Shown here piece by piece: positions 39,522 to 52,782 of a stretch of 64,000 nucleotides of DNA. A program made the position numbers and the translations under genes. The stretch is from contig JAHLWZ010000193.1 in the NCBI GenBank assembly GCA_020536535.1, forward strand, positions 1-64,000, written 5' to 3'. Origin of the DNA: Pelomyxa schiedti. Taxonomy: Eukaryota > Protista > Evosea. The notes under the pieces are model-generated. The model searched no databases and had not been told where the DNA came from. It saw only the letters and a program-made list of their open reading frames with translations. Positions within the stretch are counted from its first letter, which is position 1, and each line of letters opens with the position of its first letter.

Positions 39522-40667
39522 ATGCACGCGGAGCCACCTTCGGAATACGACCTTCCGCCGTCCGCATCTCCAGCAGCGCCACTCGATTTCCGACAACTAA
39601 CTCCACTCGATAAGTGGTGGGAATATTACTTGCTCGACCCGACCACGAACACGCTGACTCCTAAGAAACGACAGGAGCCAGACTACGTCATGGAGGGTCT
39701 GTATTTGGGAGATCAAGAGAATGCGTACAACCACGAGGTTAGTTCCCGTTCTTTGTAAGTAAGGGGTCAATGGTTAGTGGGAGGTGAAGTTCTGACTCCG
39801 CTCCATGGTGTATTAGATCCTGGAGAAATACCGCATAACTCACGTGTTGTCTTTTACTATGGATGACAAAACACATCACGAGTCCCGCTTCCCGAAATAC
39901 ATCAAATGCGCTACTATAGCGTATGCACTCAATACATTCCAGGAATGTATTCAATTTCGGTAGTGTTGAAGATAAGCGAACAGCAAACATTGCACAATAC
40001 TTCCCAACGGCACTCGCATTTATTGATCAGGGCCGCGCGGCTGGAAGTGTCCTCGTACATTGTGTCTGGGGTATGAGCAGAAGTGCCGCTGTGGTCGTTG
40101 CCTACATTATGTTCAGGTATTCTCCCTTGTGCTGAGTTATAAATGAATGACAAGGTCTTCCACAGGCTTCGTATGAAATTTACTGATGCTTTATCACATG
40201 TTCGGAAAGCTCGCCCTATAGCAGCACCGAACGATGGATTCTTATCGCAGTTGGACGAGTTTGGAAGGCAACTTGCAACAGTGGAAATGAGCGTGCAGTT
40301 CAACACCGTGTGGGGGGAGATATTGCATGTTGTTGGGTCAACAGAAGAGCTGGGGAACTGGAGGCCCACGGAAGCCAACCGAATGACGTGGTTCCCCGGC
40401 AATGTGTGGAAAATTGACCTGCCATTGTATGGGAAGGCCTTTGAGTACAAGTACATTGTGGTGCGTGACGAAGACGGAGAGGATCCAGCAATGAGATGGG
40501 AGGTCTGTGGCAACAGACTCTATGATGGCTCAAGGCGGTTCGTCAGGGACAGGTGGGACTTCAACCCCATCACCCTCGCTGGTATCAGTGGACCCTCCAA
40601 TTTCTTACTTCATCATCCAACTCAGCCGACTACAGGCTCCCCAAGTAATAATGGCTTGAGGACATAA
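39522..40667 (+). CDS. Dual-specificity phosphatase with C-terminal CBM20 starch/glycogen-binding domain
   Basis: LYLGDQENA, SVED, VLVHCVWGMSRSAAVVVAYIM, ARPIAAPNDGFLSQL, then CBM20 motifs TVWGEILHVVGSTEELGNW, VWKIDL, FEYKY, WEVCGNR. Confidence 0.88.
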
Positions 40668-41037
40668 CCGCTTGCAGGGTCAGCAGATAACTTATTTCGC
40701 CGGGCGAGCAAAGGCAGTGTGCGCTTTTGCCTTGCACAAACTCCAACGTGTGCCACTAGTTTGTAGTTAAGAAAACAAAAAGAAAAATTATTTTTCTGAA
40801 GAGTGTGTGAACACTTTTGTTCAAAGATGGCCCTTCACTCCTTCCTTTTTTCCGTTGCTTGATGCACCAAAATCAAACATCCAACGGCCCTTCTTTTGTT
40901 GTTTTGCGCTTCTGCTAAGCAAAAACTAGATTTGGAGCAGAAAAAAAAAACCCAAAGAAGGGAACAAAGAAAAAAAAAAACCACGAAATCCAACCAAACA
41001 CACACGCGCAGCCCGCGTCCCGTTCCGCACCGACCAA

Positions 41038-44000
41038 ATGAGAACCAGAACAGGGGGAGGTGTGTTGGTTGTTGTCTTGACAGTAATCGCCTGCGTGGCG
41101 GTAGTTCCCTGCGGGGCCTGGGGACCGTGCGCGCCGTGCATGACCACGCCCGGGATCAACGTGTGGATCACAGCTAGATTTATAACGAATCTGAGCGTCA
41201 CGCGGCAGTGCGTACCGGTGGTGTGCGGTGGCGTGCCGACCACGGGCTTCGCCGACACGTTGACTGGAATGCGTCAGGTTATACTTATGGACCCATATGC
41301 GCCACTCGCTCAGTTTGCTTGGAACTGGGTTCCTCCTGTATCGACATGCAACGATACGTATGTTCCTCTTCCCTTTTTTTTTTTTTTTTTTCTTTTCCTA
41401 CAACAATTTTAAACCGACTTGGTTGTGGAGGAATGTGTTAGTATAATGCACAAATATTGGAAACCATAACCTTCGTTTAAATTATTCTTTAATGCCAGTT
41501 TTTGAGTTCATGTTGCTTGTATCAGTAATATAATAGACGGACAACAATTATCTTCAATGTAGCAAGCCTAACAAAGCTTGTAACACTAAAAAGTATTTGC
41601 GATTCTTGTACATACACAACGGATTACATCCAGCGTCTGGGAGTATCAGGAGCAACTTATACGCCAGCTGCAGCCACTGGTACAACTGTATCAGTGACTG
41701 GATTGTCGTCGTTTGGGTCTCCACCCCCCAGAGGCACTCTCTCTTACTTCAACGCCACTGTGGGCTGCGCAGCGGCATCTGTTATTACACTATCATTTAC
41801 GCTGGACGTGTGGTGTAAGAACGTCGGAAATGCTGTGAGTGTGTTAGATTCCACTTCTTTTTCACTTTCCTGGGCATGTGCAAAGCCTGGCTGCCCTGCC
41901 TACTGCCACCCAGATCACGGTTACTGTGACCCTTACCATGGTGTCTGTATTTGCACACCACCCTGGACAGGCGCAACTTGTGAGTTTATGTTTTCTTACA
42001 CTCCCACAGTGTGTCCAGGCCAGTATATAACCATGTCTTATTACGTCCCGTATGTAATGTAATATCGTCTCCCCGTAATTGAACTCTTCTACTCCCTCCT
42101 GCAATACACAATAGTGCTTCGATGTATGGGTTGCCACAAGCTCTCACCGTCATGGCTGCTCGCCTCTTTCACAGTATTATGATGGTTGAAACTCGTTATT
42201 TTCTACATTGGAAGGACACTGTCAATGCCAGTGACCCTGATCTTGCATATCCCGTGAACGGAACTGGTTATTTTCCCGGCTTTTATACACCAGGAGCCTA
42301 TCCAATTATGGTGTATGCTGCGTTAGCCTCACCAATCACGTACCTCACGGCAGTGGTAAGACTCTTTTTGCTCTGTTGTTTCTAACATAACCAACCAGGT
42401 TATTGTCAAAGATTGGAGTTTATGTGGTGTAAATGCCACCTGTGGGGATGGTACCTCTAACGATTGTGGTGCTACCAACCAGTGGGGCCAGTGCTACAGT
42501 GGGAAGTGTGTGTGCAACGAAGCCCGTTTCTGGTCTGACTGCTCCCGAGGCTGCTCTGGCTACACAGTTGTAGAAGATGGGAGTGGTGTTGTGAAAAGTG
42601 ATTACCCTCCTGATGGCAGTGTAGCTTCCATGTGCTATCTGAGGAAGAATATTTGCAGATGGCTTATAAGTCCAACTGGGAAATATGATATTATAAAGAT
42701 GAACTTCACCTCATTTGGTATCATGGATCCTGATAAGTTGCTGGTGTTCAGTAGTGACGAGAATGGAGAAACAGACGAGCTCCTGGCTACTTATGGATCC
42801 ACATTTACAGAAGACTACCTTGAAGTAGAGGCCCACCATGTCTTTTTGGAGTGGTCCTCCGGTCCCTACAATACCTACCAAGGCTTTGTACTCGAATACA
42901 GTACCAAGAATAAACCAATTCCCGATGCTGGACTTGCTCTGATATTCTTTGCTGCTGCTGTTGTAGGTTTGGGTGTGGCGATTTGCCTAGCTGTCGGTGC
43001 TAGAATAATCGTAGTGAAACGCAGGAAGAGACTTCAGGCAGCCAGAAACATGCCTGCTCTCAATCTGAAAGATATGATGACTGAAGAAGAGATGGCTTCC
43101 CTTTGTGGGGTAGAGAAAAATCAAGAAATACTGGAGGAAGTTCGGGTTCAGCTGGATAAATATGAACTAACATTTGGCGTCACCGGGTTGTGCCCTGTGC
43201 AGAAGCCAATGTTTGACAAGATTACAATTTTCAACAAGAATGGCTCAACACTGCATTACCAGTTTTCAGTTTTGAACTTGTCTTATCTTGTCGCAACCAG
43301 TATCAGACCTGGGGTGGGCAAAATTCCCCCGCACAAGCGCATGGAAGTTGACGTGGAATGCTCTCTTCTGATGACAACTCGTTTCCAACATCCTATACGA
43401 CTGGATATTGTTAAACCTACTGGTGAGCTTGACAATGAGGGAAAGGAGATTGTGGAAATTCTCGCCACAGCGTACATCTCTGTCACTTTAGAAGGGGAAT
43501 TGTCAAGGTGGATTGACCCTGCCGATTTCACAGATATTTCTGCCCCTATCGCCAGGGGTGGTTTTGGGTAAGATTTACCGATTTCCAGTATCCGTTTAAC
43601 CCCCTTAACAAGGTGTGTATACCGAGGGAAGTATAGAGGTGTCGATGCCGCCCTCAAAATGCTCTTGCACCAGGAAACTTTCAATAAAACCGAAAATGAG
43701 GGGTTTGAAAAGGAATGCAGCTTAATGAATAAACTGAACCATCCTTGTGTTGTCACTTTCATTGGAGCATCCCATGTCCCTGGTTCCTCTCCCTCATTCC
43801 CCTCCTCTCATCTCATTACTGCATCTAGGAAGATTTTGCATCTGCTGTGAGTGGATTCCATTTGGTAGTTTGAGCTCTCTACTCAAAGCTGAGGGAGTTT
43901 TTGACATTCCTATTCACCGCGAGTATTTCTTGATCAAGTGTGCTCTAAATACGGCTGAAGCTTTGGCATATTTACACACAATGAATATTCTGTATCGTAA

Positions 44001-45025
44001 GTATTCATCTGTATTCAACAACCCTTACACTCGCAGGTGATCTGAAATGTTCAAATGTTCTAGTCTGCTCGCTGTCACTTGACGCGGACGTTAATTGCAA
44101 ACTCACCGGTATGGTTGCGGTTGGAAAGTATACTACAACATTCACGTAAACTTCAGATTTTGACACTGCCCGCAATGTGGACAATCCAAGTTAGAATCTT
44201 GTCAAACACCTGTGTTCCTAACTTCTTTGCAGATCTTGTTATGATGTACACAACCAAGCTGGGCACCGGTATCTTTATGGTAAGCATGACCAACTACACA
44301 GAAGTTTAACCTTCTCCAAGGCCCCTGAGCTGCTAGCGCCATGTACTGGCTACAACAACAAAGTAGACACATACAGTTACTCCCTTTGCTTGTGGGAAAT
44401 GTGGACGCGCCAAGAGCCATGGGCAGATGTTACACCCGAATGGGCTGTTCGCAAAATGGTCAAATCAGGGCAGAGGCCTCCACTGGACAAAATGGACCCC
44501 CCAGCCCCCCCCTCGATCCTCGATCTTATACAGAAGTGCTGGCACCAAGACCTCCACGCAAGGCCAGCGTTCCCCGATATAGTAGAGATTCTAGAAGACA
44601 TCAAGGCCACTTACAAGGACCGCCTTAACGTAGAAGAAAGCGATTCAAAGAGCGAGGGCCATCACAAGAAGCATCACAGGCATCACCACCACAAGGGTAA
44701 GAAAGGGAAGAAAAGCCAAAGCAGAAGTCGCAGCCGCAGCAGGAGCGCAAGCGCCTCGCCAGCCAGTGCCAGTGCCAGTGCCAGTGAAAGTGAGAGCAAG
44801 AGCAAGAGCAAGAGCGGCACCGGAGCCCACAAAAAGCACTCCAGCAAGAAGCACAAGAAGCACGAGAAGAAGAGCGCCAAGTCCAAGTCCAGCCACAGTG
44901 ATAGCCACAAGAAAGCCAAAGGCAAGAAGCACAACAAAGGGCACAGCTCCAAATCCCACAAGCACGGTTCCTCCTCCCCCTCGCCCTCCCATTCAAGCCA
45001 CAGCAGAGGATCCTCATCCTCTTGA
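41038..45025 (+). CDS. Receptor-like TKL kinase with EGF-like and CUB ectodomain, TM, juxtamembrane domain and His/Lys/Ser-rich tail (tandem paralog A)
   Basis: Signal peptide; EGF CICTPPWTGATC; CUB-like CRWLISP..QGFVLEY; TM at about 42930-43015; ARGGFG, YRDLKCSN, DFD, MAPE, CWHQDLHARP. Confidence 0.88.
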
Positions 45026-45268
45026 CTGTAAATAACACAAAAACTTTCCTGTTGAAATCCCTTGATTCTTTTCCTTCCCCGAATACCCATGTATGGTACC
45101 AAAAACTCAAAAATCTGGAAATCAACCAAATCGAACTGCACTAACACAGCCCGTTTACAAGCATCAAACGTGTGGAAAAGGAATACCGTCCGACGCTTTT
45201 TACCAAAAAAGAACAGAGAAAAATAGACAAAGGAAAAAAAAAAAAAAACAAAACAAGAAGGAGCAACC

Positions 45269-48200
45269 ATGCCCCGGAGCGCCTCGTATGTCGTTGGCGT
45301 GTCAACTTTTGTCGCTGCGGCCACCGTCCTCCTCCTCGTACAATTAATCTCGGGCGCCGTGGGTACGACGCCTTACTGCATCAACGTCGTCGGCTACTTC
45401 CCGTACAACTTCTCGTACCCCGACTGGTACCACGTCATCCCGGTTCCGATCGTGTCGTGCGACGTCGTCAGCACCGCGTTCATCGACGAAGGATACCTGT
45501 CGCCGGCGTACACGCCGCAGATCGACGGCGTGTACCGTACGCTGAAGCTCGCGTGGTGGGTGTCGCTAAAGACCACGCCCTCGCCCTCTTTGCCGAGGGA
45601 CGACAGAGGAGTGTTCTACTACGACGGCTACGAGACTGGCGTGCACAACGGCGTGCGGGTTCGGTTACCCGCGGAGCAGGATGACTTTGCTAATCTGGGT
45701 GGGGGTGCTGATGTGGATTATGGGACTGCGGGTGACTCCTATGGTGCTTCTGTGAACGAGCCGAGGTACTACCCTTACTCGATGGAGTATGGCGCTGGAC
45801 GGCCCAGCGTGTTCACGACCGTGGACAATGGCGAGGATGGGGATGGATATGAGCATGTGGAGGTGCGGGATATTACTACTCGCGCTGGATCCTCTGATTC
45901 AGAGTCGTCGTCGTTGTCGTCTTCCGACTCCGACTCCGACTCTGACTCTAGCTCCGAATCTGATTCCGAGTCGGAGTCTAGCTCGTCATCTTCGGAAGAA
46001 GTATTTCCCTGTTTCTTCCCGCCATAAGCACTAATCGTAGTAAAGGTAGTGCAAATTCCATTATACAAGAGGGCTAACGGCGTGCACTTTGCTGCTGTTT
46101 GGACTGCTTTTTCAGTTGCAAAACCTATTTAGTATGCCATTTCCCACTAAAAGAAAATTCTCCCTTAAGTGAGCCCCTAGCATGTTCTGCACACAACAAA
46201 AGTCCGTTTCAAGTAACAGTATTCTAACCTGTGTTCAGCACCTCAATGACGGTCACTGGACTAAGCGCATCGGGCCAGGCTCCTACTTCAGCTAGCTTCT
46301 TCAATATCACTATTTCGTGCCAGGAACCAGCTGTTGTAGCAGCATCTATGTCTCTTATGCTCAGTGACTCTTCATCTATAGTCACCTTTGCCCCTCGATG
46401 GATGTGCTACACACCTGGTTGTCCTTCTTGGTGTTCATTACATGGGGTCTGTGACACCCTACGCGGAACTTGTGTATGCAACGAAGGATGGGAGGGCACT
46501 GATTGTGCGATAAAAGTTGTGACAAACTGGGTCTTTTGCCCCCAAGACCCGATCATCGTCTCTTATGAAATACCGTGAGTTCTTGCACCCTTCCAAAGTG
46601 ACTTGAATAACTCAACTCCATCAGGTACACCACAAGTGGAGTGACTGGGACAGGCAACTCAATGTTTATGACAATCGTCACGCCTTTAACCCCTATAGCA
46701 TATGATTATCGCTATTTCATGACCTGGGCTACTGTTGTTCCGTACCTTGCAACGGAGGGATATAACAAAGATTACTCCGGCACTCATCTGACACCAACGT
46801 ACTTGGCTCCAGGGTCGTATTATATGAGGGTTTCAAATGACCTGACTGATACTGTTGTACTACTGAAGCAGATGACAGTTAAAAGTTGGGCAGCCTGCAA
46901 TATTTCTGCAACTTGCGGCAACGGCACCAACAACACTTGCAACAGCGAAACCGGTAAAGGCACCTGTGTAAGTGGTTCCTGTCAATGTGCTTCTGGGCGG
47001 TTTTGGTATGACTGTTCCAGGGGCTGCTCTGGCCTTGCTTTATCGTCCTCAAAATCCGGAGAAGTGAGGTCCGACTACCCAACAAGCGGTAACATTGATG
47101 ATATGCGTGATTCTAGTGTTATGTCAACCTGCTATTGGCTTATATCCCCACCCGATAGCTATGACGAAATTGTACTCAATTTCACATTTGTGGGACTGGA
47201 CTACATTGGGGTACTTTACGTATACAAATCTGATGAAAATGCTTCTGTTGGTGAACTTGTTATGACTATTAACAGACTGGCTCCAGCGCCTAAGGGTATC
47301 AAAACTCGGCACGTCCTCGTTGTATACGAAAAACTTGCCACTATGAGTACACATGGATTTGCTCTTTCTTACTATACACATAACATACCCCTTTCTGGAA
47401 TCGCAATCGGTTTCACGGTATTCTGCAGTATCCTTGGGGGGTTGATACTGGCAACGGCAGCTGGAATTGCCATTTACTTCCTTGTAAAACGACAAAAACG
47501 GTTGAAATTGCAAGCTATGAACGAGCCAGCTGTTGAAGAAGATATGATGACACCCGAAGATCTTGCTCATGATAGAGAGAAATTTGAAGGGCAGAAGGAA
47601 GAATTCGTGGCTGCTGGCTTCCAAGTGGACAAGACACGATTAATGTTCTCTTTGAAGCAAACCGATCCCTTCCCAATAAGAGAACAGCGGGAGGATCTTC
47701 TGAGTATATCTAATAACACGGGAAGAGATGTACAATACTGTATTTTCGTTCCAAAACAAGAATTGCTGATGAAGTTTGCCGTGAAACCGGGCAAAGGAAA
47801 AATTCCAGCTGGCGCAACCATGGTGGTTGAGATTAAATTGGAACTATTCTACACAACCCATTTTGACTACCCCATCCGAATTGAAATTACTTCCTCCAAC
47901 GGCACAGTACAATGCATGCACATAGACGTCAAATTTGAAGGCGCACACTCTGTGTGGATTGATCCAGAAGATATTCGCTTAGACCAAGAAATAATTGCAT
48001 CTGGAAGCTTTGGGTATTTAGCCATGCTCCCATGTTTTAAATACTGGGTAGCTCACCTGAATTAGGAGTGTTCACCGGGGAGCCTACAAAGCGCAGATGT
48101 TAGCTATTAAAGTACTAAAAGATCAAGAAGGGTTAAGTGATAAAGATATCGAAGAGTTTGAATCTGAATGCAAGCTCTTGAATCAAATTCACCATCCAAA

Positions 48201-49837
48201 GATTGCCCAGTTTATTGGAGCTTCCCACATTCCAGGTGAGGCACTCCCATGACATACACATGGGTGTTTAATCTTAAAAAGGTAAACTATGCATATGCAC
48301 TGAACTTGTGCCAAGTGGCAATTTGGCAGCTTTTCTAAGATCTCCAGCGGAGATACCCTTTATTCTAGTGCTTAAATGGGTTCAGAACGCTGCTGAGGCG
48401 TTGAAATTCTTACACCAAAACAAAATTCTTTATGGTTCGTCCTGCAACTTTTGTTGACTGAAGTTTTAAGTATCACAAGGTGACCTGAAATGCGCAAATT
48501 TGCTTCTTGTCTCCACAGCAATAGATGCTTCAGTGAACTGTAAACTAACTGGTTGAACTCCTCCTTCCTGGAAAAAAACTAATCTTTTCTAAAGATTTTG
48601 GCACTGCTCGCACTGTTGAGGATATTGGTGCGTAACTGCCACTTCTCCCTCTGCCCCCTTAACGTTGTCCAGATCAACCCAAACAGTACATCAGTCCACA
48701 AGGAACACAGGCTTACTTGGTTATCTACTTTTTCGCAGCAAGTTCTTCTGTTTAACTATAATCTTTGTAGGCTCCCGAAATTCATAGAAATTCCAAAGAA
48801 GCAGAAAAAACTCAGTTGAACTATGCCGTAATCTTTTCTTTCCTTTTTCTTTCCTCTCAAAGCCCCCTTCACTCCAAAAGATCGATGTTTACAGCTTTGG
48901 CATTTGCATGTGGGAGATGTGGGCTCGCCAAGAACCTTGGAACACGTTGCTTTTATGGGACATCGGACCCGCAGTTGTTGCCGGGCAGAGGCCGCACATA
49001 TCGTCGCGGTGCCCCGAGATGTACGCGGAACTAATGAAGCGATGCTGGGCTGATACTCCCAACGATCGCCCACACTTCGACACGATAAACAAGGAGTTGG
49101 AGTTCTGGATCAAGCCCGCGATAGAGTACGTGAGGATGAACGTGCAGAAGCACAAGAAGGGCGTCCTGACGGTCAACACGTTTGCTCCCACGAAAACCAG
49201 CGGCGCCAAGACCAAGACCAGCGACGCGTTCTCAATCAACAGCAGCGGCTCTGGGTTCGCCAGCAGCATATACAACTTTGCCAACAGCCCCACTCCCACT
49301 GGGACCCCCAGCTCCAACTCGGCGGCCGACGCCAAGGCCGGCGGCGCCAAGACCAGCGGCAGCAACGCCATGACGAACTCCCCGGCGTCGAGCAGGACGT
49401 CCAGGGACAAGACAGGCCGGGCAAAGACATCGAGGACGAACAGGGGCAAGACAGGCGGGGGAAGGGACGATGACGGAATTGAGATGGAGCCGCTGGGCAG
49501 CAAGAAGACAGCGTCGGCTGCGGACGAGGCCACGTACGAGTCGCTGTCTGAGGAGCAGAAGGAGGAGGTACGGAAGCTGGCCGCGATCGTGTCTACCAGC
49601 AAGAAGCACGGGACCCAGGCACTGTCGAACACGTCTGGGGGCTCTGGGGTCAGCAACGCCACCACAACGTCTGGCGACACAAACAAGTTCAAGCAGCTCG
49701 ACGCCACGCTCAACATCCGCGGCCGCACGGTGATCAGCGGCACCACCGCAACATCGACAACAACGACACCCACACCACCAGTGTCAAGTCTGGCCACAGC
49801 CAAAGTAGTCCCCACTGGCAAGAAGGACAACGTGTAG
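45269..49837 (+). CDS. Receptor-like TKL kinase with EGF-like and CUB ectodomain (tandem paralog B)
   Basis: Signal/anchor N-terminus; EGF CVCNEGWEGTDC; CUB-like CYWLISP..HGFALSY; TM at about 47395-47485; ASGSFG, LAIK, YGDLKCAN, DFG, APE, CWADTPNDRP. Confidence 0.88.
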
Positions 49838-49984
49838 AAAACATGACACACCACGCTGCACTCGTACGTTACTTAACTGTAACACCAACAATGTACACAC
49901 CTCTTAAAACAGCTCCTTATCTTTTCTCGGTAGCAGCTCCATCAAAAAAAAAAAAGAAGGAAAAAATAGGCGACCGAAGTTTGG

Positions 49985-52454
49985 ATGTCCCGTAGCCCCT
50001 CACCGTTGCCGCTTCGGCCGACGCCGAAGCACTTCGGGGGAGCAGTGATTCCCCCGCCGCTTCCAACACCCACTCCCCCAGCGACCTCGCCCAGTCCCTC
50101 GCCGCCCTTGCCCCACGTCTTCCCGGTGGCGAGGAGCTCGCTGTACAGTGTTGTCCCGGTCGTGCACCTCACCTCGCCCCCTACTCCCCCCCACCACCAT
50201 CACCAACAGGAAACAACCCCGCCGCCGCCGCCGCTGCAGCAGCAACTGCCCAGGTACGTACCCGCCACCGGAGGGGGCTACTACCCAGCGAGCCTGGCGC
50301 CCCCGCCCATGCCCTCCCCGGCCCTGTTCGCCACGCCCCCGCCTACGCCCTTCTCGTCGCCGCCCGTGTCCCAGCCCACGGGGGACTCGTCGCCCTCGCC
50401 TTCACCTTCGGCGTCGCCCTTCGAGTCTCCGTCGCCCTCGCCGCTGCTCCCCGGTGCCGGCGTCGGGGTGCCATCGTTGTTTTCCGACACAGCGTCGCCC
50501 CCGCCCCGCCTCTCCCGCGAGGAGTCGCCGCCCGAGCTGGCCGATTCTGGCTCGGCCTTGTCGCCCTTGCAGGATGACGCCATCGGCGAAACAAAGGTGC
50601 AACCGAATTATGATGGAGGGCATGGTGGAACAACCAATTGTGAGTCCAGTCCCAGAACGAATGTTGCTTGTGCACCTCCTCAAGTCCCAGTTGTGAGGAA
50701 TACTTCACCAGAAGGTTGAAGTTTTCGTGCCTGGTTTGGCACCAGTATTAAACGTTGTGTGCTCACCATTAGTTTTTCAGATGCCACTACTCTGTGGGCA
50801 AGGGAACTCATTTCATCCCAACAGCAACTTTATACACTCGCCAACGAGATTGGCAGAGGTGCCTATGGCATTGTTTTGTGTGCAATCCAAACTTTCCGTT
50901 GTAGAGTGCTTAACAATTCGTGCATTTCAGTTCCGGGGTGTGTCTAAGGACTGGAGCAGCAGTTGCCATTAAGCTTATAGAAGGATGCTGTGAGAATGAA
51001 AACGAATCTCGGAGATATATTCGAGAAATTAAAATCATGAAGTATTTTGCACAATCCAGTCACGTAAGACCTGCTTTATCAAGCCAATAATAATGTGTTC
51101 TCAGGTCCTTGGTCTGATTGACATTTTTCCTCTGAGTGAAGGAGGACAAAAATTTGCTCATATGTAGTTTGACTTTTTCCTTTGATTTTTTCAAATTCTG
51201 TGTACAGAGGAATCGTATCAGAGCTCATGGACTGTGACCTGCGAGCATTAATTTATGAAAGGGGGCCTATCTCGCCTGAGCAATGTTGTATTTTAATGTA
51301 TGGGATTCTGTGCGGGGCCCACGAGATTCATTCAGCTTGTATTGTACACAGAGATTTGAGGTTGGCTTCCCTTTTCTTTTGTGAAATTGATATTCACTTT
51401 TCAGACCAAAAAACATTCTGGTTAAAGGCAATCATGTGAAAATTTGTGATTTTGGACTTTCCCGGGGTCAGTCACATCGCATGAGTTTGCTGGCAAACCT
51501 TTCTCATCAGTGGTACACTGCTCCAGAAGGTTAGTTTACTTTCCTAAACGTTCTAAGACATTACAAAATAAATCTCCACAAGGTCTTTTCAATAACAACT
51601 GGTTATATTCCCATAGTATGCACAGTCCTTAATACTTGCGCAGTTATACAACCGCTGTTGATGTGTGGAGCTTGGGTTGCATATTTGCAGAAATGCTAAC
51701 TCAACAGATTTTATTTAAGGGAGAATCTCGAGGCAACTCCCCTCACTTTTTCTATTCGCGGCTCATCTCTTATAGTGGTGCGGCAGGCTGAGAAGATTTT
51801 TCAAATTCTGGGGACACCTAGTGAGGAGATAATAAATAAAATATGTGGCAAGCATTCTCGGGTAAGTCTGAAACACTGATGTTCTTATCCAGTTAACCAG
51901 TTTACAGTGGCTCCCACAGCTTCAAGTTCTTCCTTTTTACCCGGCTACTCCACTGGAGAGTTGCTTTCCAAATGTTCCTTCAGAAGGTATAATCACTCTT
52001 CTTGCAGAATAAACTAACTTGCCATATGGTACTGGATAGCCATCAATCTTCTCCGAATGATGCTTGCTATCAATCCAGCTGAGAGAATAACTACAACAGT
52101 AGCCCTAGCTCATCCATACTTTTCCAAACTTGTGAAACTTCCCAGTGATGAAAAACCTCTTGTGTGTACAGTATCAACCACAACCCAAATCAAACTAAAT
52201 TCTCCAGAAACCAGCACCTGTTGATGTTCCTGGCGTGGCCACTTCCCCCCAAATTCTAAAAGGTAAATACTCCTGTATGGCTCTTGGTTTGAGCCCAAGA
52301 TATTTTTTAATCATAGAACTTCACAAAGTAACTTTTTCCCTTACCAGAGATGCTGTATCAGGAGTGTATAACAACGGCAGCAGTAAGTACAGCGGCATTC
52401 AGAAGTATGACGTCAGCATCCTGTTGGTCATCACTGAGCCTCAGCCACTCCTGA
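49985..52454 (+). CDS. MAPK-like (CMGC) protein kinase with Pro-rich N-terminal extension
   Basis: [79 protein letters not shown]. Stop inferred at 52452-52454. Confidence 0.85.
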
Positions 52455-52782
52455 CACCACAGGGTAGATAAGGTTGTGTTAGTAATTTTTGTCTTTTTGT
52501 AGAAAACACCGACACACCTATGTAATCCAAATTTAAAACATTTTCATTGGAAAAGAACAGACAGGATTTTCCTGTCGGGAAGCGACCGCATCTAAACAAA
52601 AAATCTATTTTTTTTTCCCTTTTGATTTTTCGTGCAACAACAGCATTATTAGAAAGAAACAAAACAAAACCACACGAGCTCAATAACTCTCGGGTGCTAC
52701 GCGCGCCAACCACCACACAACCGGCACCTACTGTATATTAATACGTCGCCACCCACCCATACTACAAAAATAAACCCCAAGC

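Noticed and set aside
40670-40770. Weak hairpin in the 3' region of the DSP gene (ncRNA or SECIS candidate)
   Set aside because: Short imperfect stem, no SECIS core, and no in-frame UGA needing recoding.
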